Virus record (IMG/VR): IMGVR_UViG_3300032295_003347
Reading direction: 5' to 3' (one strand)
Source of the DNA: an uncultured virus (IMG/VR IMGVR_UViG_3300032295_003347)
Lineage: Duplodnaviria > Heunggongvirae > Uroviricota > Caudoviricetes
Length of the DNA: 64,000 bases
Each line of letters begins with the position of its first letter. Position 1 is the stretch's first letter. The position numbers and the translations under genes are program-made. Of the stretch, positions 57,268 through 64,000 are shown piece after piece. The notes beneath the pieces are model-generated. The model was not told the origin of the DNA, did not search any database, and was given only the letters and a program-made list of their open reading frames with translations.

Positions 57268-57564
57268 TCAGTCTGTAGGCTCAAGGGCGTGGGTGTAGCA
57301 GAGCCAGCGCTCCAGTACATCCTTGCGCTTACCCCGGACCTTATAAACAACTTCGCCATCCTCGATCCATTGACCGATGATGTACCAATCAGTTTCTGGC
57401 TTCTGTGCCACTGTGGTGGCCCAGTCCAGTACATCAGATTGGTTGTACATTGTCCAGGTCTGCCATCCTTTAGCCCTTGCTTCCTGTGCAGCTTTCTCTG
57501 CAAGCCTGTTGCAAGTCACCTCGCGACCCGACAGACGAGTGCGGCGAATCTCCTTGGTTACCAT
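57268..57564 (-). CDS. Hypothetical protein, first gene of early block
   Basis: 98-aa ORF between elements E1 and E2. Confidence 0.65.
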   Translation of the reverse strand: MVTKEIRRTRLSGREVTCNRLAEKAAQEARAKGWQTWTMYNQSDVLDWATTVAQKPETDWYIIGQWIEDGEVVYKVRGKRKDVLERWLCYTHALEPTD

Positions 57565-57654
57565 TGAACTGAACTCAGGTGTGTGGTGCCTATCTCCACG
57601 GGAGGCAATCGCTGAAGCAGGGATTTGATCCCCGGCTCACGCCTTGTCTTCAGC

Positions 57655-58320
57655 TAAGCATCTACAGTCACAATCAGTTCTCGCTCCAGTAAAGTGTAGG
57701 CGAGCTATAATTGGGAGCTTTAGGTGGGGGCTTGGGGTGTGCTGACGTTACGGTTAGGTTACGGTTAGGAAACCCTAACTTACTAAGTGCGAATCTTCAC
57801 ACTCTCTTAACCTTTCAACGTAGTCAGGGTCGGGTGGGTGGGCGGCCCGCAGGGCCTAACGTAGTCAGGCAACCTGCTCTTACGCCCAATCTCCCTACGC
57901 TCTCCCCTCCTACTAAACTTTCACACCCCTCACCCTTTCTTTTTTCTATACACATCCTCTCTCGGGTGGGTGGGTGGAGAAGCGTTTAGTTACTAATAAC
58001 CCAAATGGGGTTGAAACTTGGCGCCTGCCAAAGGCGCTGCAAATACTACAAATATGTAATTTAAAAAGTAGGTTAGGTAAAGTACCAAAGATCAAAAAAT
58101 TCAAATTTACAATAAAACAAACAACGGTAAACACTAGAAAGTAACCGATTATACATAAAGTACAAACGGTGGATTCCCCTGGAACGCTCCTAAAAATATT
58201 TACGGCAAATTATTTAAATTTCAAAACACACAAAAAAATAAAACCCCTAAATGGGGCTAGAAATTATGATAAAAATGTAATGAAGTACCCTAGTTAGCCC
58301 AAGTTTTTAGCCAAAATCCC
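57655..58320. other. Long non-coding region upstream of the early block; candidate terminus/packaging/promoter region
   Basis: No credible ORF; G-tracts, short repeats, AT-rich right half. Confidence 0.5.
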
Positions 58321-58327
58321 CTATTGG

Positions 58328-58558
58328 TTACTTATTTTTCCTTACTTGGCGGGCCGCAGCGCGGGCAGCCTTACGAAATGCTTCTTCATCAGGGTGTTGA
58401 AACGCAAGTTGCTTAGCACCTTCGTTAATAAATCCACGAACGGTGAAAGCATCAGCCCCTTCAGACGCCATTTTTTCGGCACGGGACTTAATTGCCTCTA
58501 ACCCTTCTACTTTTTTGACCTGATCTTGAAGATCCATAGGGATCTTTACCCGATTCAT
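58328..58558 (-). CDS. Hypothetical protein
   Basis: Helical ORF. Confidence 0.55.
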   Translation of the reverse strand: MNRVKIPMDLQDQVKKVEGLEAIKSRAEKMASEGADAFTVRGFINEGAKQLAFQHPDEEAFRKAARAAARQVRKNK

Positions 58559-58645
58559 CAACTTTTTACTACTATACAACAAATATTTTTAGGTTTTTGT
58601 CGCATAGAATAAATCAAAGACCAAACATAGTGAGTAATAACCCAA

Positions 58646-61006
58646 ATGTTGCTGTCTCCCGCTGATTTTGACGCTTATTCTCGGGCAACAGGGCGTCCAG
58701 TACCAGAAGAACCGGAGGAAAGAGCCCGCCTGGTACCTGAAGTCTCTGAGTTTCGCCGTAATCAGCTCAAGTCACCCGAAACACAACGTAGTGAGGGCTC
58801 TGGTCTCCTTCAAGCCCTTGGTATTGGTGCAGCGGTACTTGGTGGCGGGGCATTATTAGCGCGTGGCTTGGGCCGGAGGGGCGGCATTCGGATGGGCAAC
58901 GCCCAACAGGCGGCAAAAGAGGCAGTACAAGAAGTTACAGTTCAAGATCTTGGGAATGTATACCGTGCGGCGGGGCGTCCTGCACCTTCTCGCCCTGCTC
59001 CTACACCAACTCCTACGCAGCGTACCGCGTCTACACCAGATCCGTGGGCTGCTTCGGTGACGACTACACCGGCAGCTACTACTCGTCCGGCAACTACACC
59101 TACACCTACGCAGCGTACCGCAGGTTCCAGGCAAGGTGGTGTTCAAGTAACCAACCTATACGATCTTGCAAACCTTAAATCGGAAAATTTACGTCGTGCA
59201 CCTGAAACCTTAAGTGAAGCCGCTCAATCTTTAAGTAGCCAAGATTTTATTTCTGACTATTTCAAGCGTACGGCTACACCTGCAGGTGCTTTGACTAGTG
59301 CCGCTGATGATATTGCCGCAGTCGAAAAAGTTATTCCCGAATCCCTGGTAACCAAACAACAAACTATTGGTGGACGGATTGCGGATCAAACTGCAAACGC
59401 AATTGATTCGGCAGAAGACCAGATGACTGGTCGTGTCAAATCTCAACTGCAACGCAACGAAGATCTCGACATCAGTCAGATCGACGCGCTTGAAGAAATG
59501 GCGGAACAAGACCATAATTGGATGATGGAGCAGGATGAGCCCATCAACCGTGTGGCAGCGCAACTGCCCGATGGCTTACCTGTTGATCAGGCAGAAGGTC
59601 TGGCAAAGTCAAGCGCCCAAAGCTTCCTGCAGCGTGAACGGGATGAAATTGCATCTCTCTTAGGAGAGCAAAATATTCCAGCAACTAATACACGTATTGA
59701 GCAAGAACTTAATCGCCGTCTTGGTAAAGAAGCTTCTGAGTATGGCCCTAAGTACACGGCTCGTCGTCAAGCTCTTGAACTTTATGCAAAAACAGGTGAT
59801 CCTCAACTTTTAGAAAAAGTACGACGATTTGGTTTATCACCCGTTACTTTTGAAACGGTGGAAGGAATGCCGGCAGCAAAACGAGCTGGTTTTGAATCTG
59901 CTCCTGCAATGTCCTTGGATTATTACCCAAGTGAAGAGTTGACTGCTGTAGGTCTAAGCTCTAGCCAAAACATTAATCTTCCTGGAGTCGGTAACGTATC
60001 TCTTGCCGACATTAGGCGTCCCGTTGTTACTGAAAGCACTGCTCAACAAGCCGAAGAATTTTATCAAGGACGCAAAGGTAAAGCACTTGATTGGCTTGGA
60101 GAAAAGAGAGTTGAGCTGGAGCCCAAGCGTAATCAAATTCTAAAAGAACGTCAGTTACTTGCTCAGCAAAGTGCCAACCAACTTATTCCGCAACTTAATG
60201 AAGCAAAAGCAACAGGACAGTTTGATAAAGCTAAAGAGCTTGAATTTAGCTTGAATACGCTTCGCAACTTATACAGGAATCCAAGACTTGGTACGCACCG
60301 TGAAGGTGAGCTCAGGTCTCTTGATGCACGTATTGCTAAAGCACAGAATAAAATTGCAGGAGATATTGCAACTATTCAAAAACGGTACCCAACAACTATT
60401 GAAGACTGGTCTGGAGAAGCACCTCGTTTATTTGCAGAGTTAGATCCAGATACCGGTGAAATTATTCCCGAAACCGTGGAGCTACGTACAGAACGTCCCA
60501 TGGTAGACCTGGAGCCTAAAGGTGGTGGTGGGCGAAATGTTGCTGAGTTTGCTGCTGGCTCACGTAGTGCGACAGAAAATGCTATCCGTGAAGTTCAACA
60601 AGGTGGTCGACGTACTAGGGTTCGTGACTTTGATATTGAAACCGGTGGCGCAGTTCAAAACTTTGAAGATGATCGCACTCAAACAGGAAGAGTAATTGGT
60701 CGCTACGGCATTCAACCAAGTGGCGAAAAACCTGCAGATACTACAAAACGTCCTTCACTGCCTAGGTACACACAAGAAGAAATTCTTTCCACTGCACTTG
60801 AAAATGCACAGGCTGATCCATATGGAGACGTGCCTCTTCCTCCTGATTACGAAGAGATAATGGCAATTCTTGGCACAAAAGAAAAACCGTCAAATCGCCA
60901 AAATATTCGCGCTTCTGAAGATATACTTAGGATACAAAGATCTGCCCCTCCTGGCAAAGCACAAGCACTTGTTAACCAATACTTGAATAACTTACGCGGA
61001 GCTTGA
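58646..61006 (+). CDS. Large hypothetical protein, probable internal virion protein
   Basis: 786 aa; N-terminal hydrophobic Gly segment, Pro/Thr repeats, coiled coil. Confidence 0.7.
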   Translation: MLLSPADFDAYSRATGRPVPEEPEERARLVPEVSEFRRNQLKSPETQRSEGSGLLQALGIGAAVLGGGALLARGLGRRGGIRMGNAQQAAKEAVQEVTVQDLGNVYRAAGRPAPSRPAPTPTPTQRTASTPDPWAASVTTTPAATTRPATTPTPTQRTAGSRQGGVQVTNLYDLANLKSENLRRAPETLSEAAQSLSSQDFISDYFKRTATPAGALTSAADDIAAVEKVIPESLVTKQQTIGGRIADQTANAIDSAEDQMTGRVKSQLQRNEDLDISQIDALEEMAEQDHNWMMEQDEPINRVAAQLPDGLPVDQAEGLAKSSAQSFLQRERDEIASLLGEQNIPATNTRIEQELNRRLGKEASEYGPKYTARRQALELYAKTGDPQLLEKVRRFGLSPVTFETVEGMPAAKRAGFESAPAMSLDYYPSEELTAVGLSSSQNINLPGVGNVSLADIRRPVVTESTAQQAEEFYQGRKGKALDWLGEKRVELEPKRNQILKERQLLAQQSANQLIPQLNEAKATGQFDKAKELEFSLNTLRNLYRNPRLGTHREGELRSLDARIAKAQNKIAGDIATIQKRYPTTIEDWSGEAPRLFAELDPDTGEIIPETVELRTERPMVDLEPKGGGGRNVAEFAAGSRSATENAIREVQQGGRRTRVRDFDIETGGAVQNFEDDRTQTGRVIGRYGIQPSGEKPADTTKRPSLPRYTQEEILSTALENAQADPYGDVPLPPDYEEIMAILGTKEKPSNRQNIRASEDILRIQRSAPPGKAQALVNQYLNNLRGA

Positions 61007-61008
61007 TC

Positions 61009-61230
61009 ATGGCTGACAAAAAGAAAAAAGATAAGAAGTGGATCCAGGGAATGAGCATGAAGGAAGGCGCCTTCACTGCCAAAGCAAAAAAGAAGGGCAT
61101 CACCACCGCTCAATTGCAAGAAAACGTTTTATCATCCCCTGAAAAATACGACGAAAAAACTGTTAAACAAGCTCGGTTGCGTGAGACCTTGGTAGGATTA
61201 CATCACAAGAAAAAACAAAGCGATAAATAA
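61009..61230 (+). CDS. Small basic phage protein
   Basis: KWIQ....KEGAFT.KAKK ... KQARL.ETL. Confidence 0.65.
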   Translation: MADKKKKDKKWIQGMSMKEGAFTAKAKKKGITTAQLQENVLSSPEKYDEKTVKQARLRETLVGLHHKKKQSDK

Positions 61231-61232
61231 TT

Positions 61233-61826
61233 ATGCCACGGGATGCACGCTTAGAATCAGCCACTTACTTTGATGGTACTTTTAACCGTAGTACCAAGTT
61301 AAATTTCAACGATCTTTTCCGTGTACCTGCTGACAAAGTAGGTAAAGAAGCACCCTGGAACCTAGGCCACTTTACTTCTAATGACTTTGTAGATCGTGTT
61401 CAATCAAGAGGACGGATCTTTAACTTACGCAAAGGTTTTGTAAATCCGGATGATCCGCAGCAGTCAGAAGCTTTTGTTGGCCTGGGACGCTTTGAGCCTG
61501 ATAATCCCAACACTGGATACGACTTTAAAAACGGAAGGCCTATTACTCGGTCATTCACAGAAGATCCCGACTTCAATCCCTTATGGCGTGAAAAGTTTTT
61601 ACTAAGTCCTGTGCGTAGTCCAAAGGACGATATGACCAAAACAATGCCCAGCATTTCGGACCCAGACCCACAAAACTTCCTTGCAATGCGTGCCAAGGAG
61701 CGTGCTGAACAAGATATGGAAGGATCACCGACTGCAGAACAAGTTGTTAAATCAAAAGAGTTTAGTAAAAAAGAAGAAGCAGCCGCCGGTAAAAAAGTAG
61801 AGGAAGAAGAAGCTGCAACCGAATAA
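61233..61826 (+). CDS. Hypothetical protein
   Basis: 197-aa ORF. Confidence 0.7.
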   Translation: MPRDARLESATYFDGTFNRSTKLNFNDLFRVPADKVGKEAPWNLGHFTSNDFVDRVQSRGRIFNLRKGFVNPDDPQQSEAFVGLGRFEPDNPNTGYDFKNGRPITRSFTEDPDFNPLWREKFLLSPVRSPKDDMTKTMPSISDPDPQNFLAMRAKERAEQDMEGSPTAEQVVKSKEFSKKEEAAAGKKVEEEEAATE

Positions 61827-61863
61827 ATTTCATTGAAATATAATCAAAGAAAAGGTAGACAAT

Positions 61864-62556
61864 ATGGCTGGCCGCGCTGACGTGCTACGTGGATTAGGAG
61901 CAACTCTACAGGGCTTGAAGGCGCGTTTGGGCAACGTTGGCATGGGCGCACCTGTTCAGCAAGTGCGTGTGTCGGGACAGACGGGTGTAGGTGGTACGCA
62001 AGGCGTGGCTGCCGTACGTAACCTTGGCAATGCAGTAGAAGCCTCCCCCTCAACTACCAGGCAACTAGCAGAGATGCTGGTGCCCAATTCACTATTAGCA
62101 GGTGGTCTCACCTACATGGGTACTGGAGATCTCGGTCAAGCGGCACTGGCAGCTGGACTGGATTTTGGTGTTGGTGCAGGTGGTGTTGCACTAGCTGGTC
62201 GGTTTGCTCCAGGTCGCTCTGGTACGTTGACTTATAGGAACAAAGAAGGTAAAGAAATTTCTCAAAGTCATTATCAACCTTCTATGCCGCAAAATATTGC
62301 GATGGGTGCATCGCCTGTGGTATCAACCCTACTTCTTGCGGGCATGCAACCTCCTTATAAACCGCAAAACCAAGAGCAAGTTGCTGCTCAACAAGATGCG
62401 CAAAGACAAGCCGTTAATAACCTTCAACAGGAACTAACCGTCCCTGGAACTAACTTCCAAATTCAAGGCTTACCTCAACGTGCATTAACAGGTGAACAAT
62501 CTTATGTTGCACCTAACGTCCTTGATCCTTATGGGCTATCCAGGGGCATGATGTAA
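61864..62556 (+). CDS. Gly-rich hydrophobic protein, possible ejection protein
   Basis: Glycine-zipper-like segments, Gln-rich tail. Confidence 0.65.
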   Translation: MAGRADVLRGLGATLQGLKARLGNVGMGAPVQQVRVSGQTGVGGTQGVAAVRNLGNAVEASPSTTRQLAEMLVPNSLLAGGLTYMGTGDLGQAALAAGLDFGVGAGGVALAGRFAPGRSGTLTYRNKEGKEISQSHYQPSMPQNIAMGASPVVSTLLLAGMQPPYKPQNQEQVAAQQDAQRQAVNNLQQELTVPGTNFQIQGLPQRALTGEQSYVAPNVLDPYGLSRGMM

Positions 62557-63521
62557 TGTTTGCAAAAAATTTACTTTCAGATATTCCAGAAAAACTGCAA
62601 CAAGTTAGTCAAAGCTTTGTTTCAGGTGTCAGAAAAGCGGATGCTGTTCAACGTAGGCAGGTTAAAGAAACTGGATCCAACTACGGACAAAGTATTTTCG
62701 ACCCTCGGTTCCGCTCTAAACTACAAGGTCAAGGCGTAAGTTTTAAAAACAACCCGGCCGAATTCCTTGGCGCATATGCATCCAGGGGTTTAGTTGATAT
62801 TGCTGCTGATGGCACACGCACTTACTTTTGGCGTTACAATCATCCCCTTGCAATTTCTTCTGGGTTAAGCGAACTATACCTAGGTAACTACACACGTTCT
62901 GCTACGGGTAAGGGAGCAATTGCTGCAGGTATCAGCTTCCCAGCCATTGCAGCTGCTGGTACTTACGACATTACAAATCCCGGGGAGATGTTCCGTCCCA
63001 AGGGATATGCACAGCGGTATAGCGAAGAAGGAACTGATGATCGTCGTCAAACCACTCAACCAGGTGCTGAGTTATTTGAACGTTTCTTCCTGGGACGTAC
63101 TGGTGATCCTCTTAAGTACGAAACGGCAAAACAAGATATTCCTGACCTAACACCTGAGCGCTGGGGCAACTACCAACGATTCCTGTACCAGGACAAAGGA
63201 CTACTCGGTCTTGGTGTCTTAAAAGGAACAATGGAGAATCTGGAGGGCAACCCAGAGGTTCGCCTTCTTGGCTTCCCCGCCAACATCCCAATGGCAGGTG
63301 GTTTTGTTGGCGGCACACTTGCAGCAAAAGCAGCGTTATCCCAAAAGACTCCCGTTAATACACCCAACCGTCCAGCACGTCGCCTCGCAGGTGGCTTTGC
63401 TGCTGCAGTTGGTGGTTCCATTGGCGGTGTGCTACTTGGTAATGCGGTCAATGAAGTTATCGCAATGGGCAATCGCCCCACCTACCCATCTACTAATACT
63501 TACGATCAGAATATAAGCTGA
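62556..63521 (+). CDS. Hypothetical protein with glycine zipper, possible ejection protein
   Basis: GGFAAAVGGSIGGVLLG; TAATG coupling. Confidence 0.7.
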   Translation: MFAKNLLSDIPEKLQQVSQSFVSGVRKADAVQRRQVKETGSNYGQSIFDPRFRSKLQGQGVSFKNNPAEFLGAYASRGLVDIAADGTRTYFWRYNHPLAISSGLSELYLGNYTRSATGKGAIAAGISFPAIAAAGTYDITNPGEMFRPKGYAQRYSEEGTDDRRQTTQPGAELFERFFLGRTGDPLKYETAKQDIPDLTPERWGNYQRFLYQDKGLLGLGVLKGTMENLEGNPEVRLLGFPANIPMAGGFVGGTLAAKAALSQKTPVNTPNRPARRLAGGFAAAVGGSIGGVLLGNAVNEVIAMGNRPTYPSTNTYDQNIS

Positions 63522-63556
63522 TAAAATTAAGGTAATAAATAAATCATAAGGTTCAG

Positions 63557-64000
63557 ATGATCAACGAAATGGGACTGACTCCCTCCAACAAACCGGACCC
63601 TAATGCATTTGAACAGTTGATGAACCTGCTTAACAGCGGTACAACTGCATCTAGAGAATTTATTGATGCAAATCGTGGTGGTCTTGGTAGAGCCGCTCGT
63701 TACGCCCCTGGTGCTTCTGTTGCCGTTGGTGAGCTTGCCCAAGGTGACGTGATGGGTGCTATTGGCGCTGCAGGTGGTGCGTATGCCGCAGGTCAAGCAA
63801 TGAAAGGCTTGGCAGGCGCTATCCCGGCAGTTGGTCTTCCCGGTATGCTTGCCAAAGGTGCGCTGTATGCAGGTGGTAGCCTCCTTGGTTCTAGCCTTGG
63901 TGCACAACTCGGTTCAGGTGTTGGTGCTCTCGGCAACCAGTTAATTGGTGGCACGCAAAACGCGGTGGGTGATGCAGCTAACGCAATCGCTGGTACTCAA
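63557..64000 (+). CDS. Gly/Ala-rich protein (3'-truncated by window)
   Basis: Read manually: MINEMGLTPS...GAIGAAGGAYAAG...; frame open to end. Confidence 0.65.
   Translation, partial: MINEMGLTPSNKPDPNAFEQLMNLLNSGTTASREFIDANRGGLGRAARYAPGASVAVGELAQGDVMGAIGAAGGAYAAGQAMKGLAGAIPAVGLPGMLAKGALYAGGSLLGSSLGAQLGSGVGALGNQLIGGTQNAVGDAANAIAGTQ

Larger units (their letters stand above)
56674..57654 (-). ncRNA. Four tRNA-mimic elements (family E): 57581-57654, 57198-57273, 56922-56996 (each with pseudoknot) and 56674-56744 (with hairpin)
   Basis: Three-way junctions with 12 bp of closing+T stem, 7-nt loops and compensatory changes. Confidence 0.75.

Noticed and set aside
1..64000. Alternative genetic code or stop-codon readthrough
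   Set aside because: Recognisable genes are full length under the standard code and no suppressor tRNA was found

Overview
A 64-kb fragment of a tailed dsDNA phage genome, very likely a cyanophage of picocyanobacteria (Hli, two NblA-like proteins, a CP12-like peptide, SpeD, ThyX, dCTP deaminase, Dps). The left and right ends carry mostly plus-strand virion and lysis genes (tail fibres, lysozyme, GH73+C39 endolysin, Gly-rich putative ejection proteins). About 34.7-57.6 kb is a long minus-strand early/replication block (PolA, double-OB SSB, Gp157-like, GP88-like, ThyX, HNH nucleases, many small ORFs). A primase-helicase, exonuclease, glycosyltransferase and SpeD lie at 19.8-26 kb. The most striking unexplained signal is non-coding. 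The early block is punctuated by at least five families of repeated structured intergenic elements, several with compensatory base changes. These include four tRNA mimics (12-bp acceptor+T helix, 7-nt T-like loop), three of them coupled to a pseudoknot, and six 27-nt H-type pseudoknot-like elements, each placed between one gene and the next. There are also two anticodon-less tRNA-like RNAs flanking a protein kinase gene, one tRNA-Leu(UAA), a nested cruciform candidate origin and an RNA polymerase alpha-CTD mimic. I recognised no CRISPR array, reverse transcriptase, integrase, terminase or major capsid gene. All calls come from reading motifs by eye; no database search was run.
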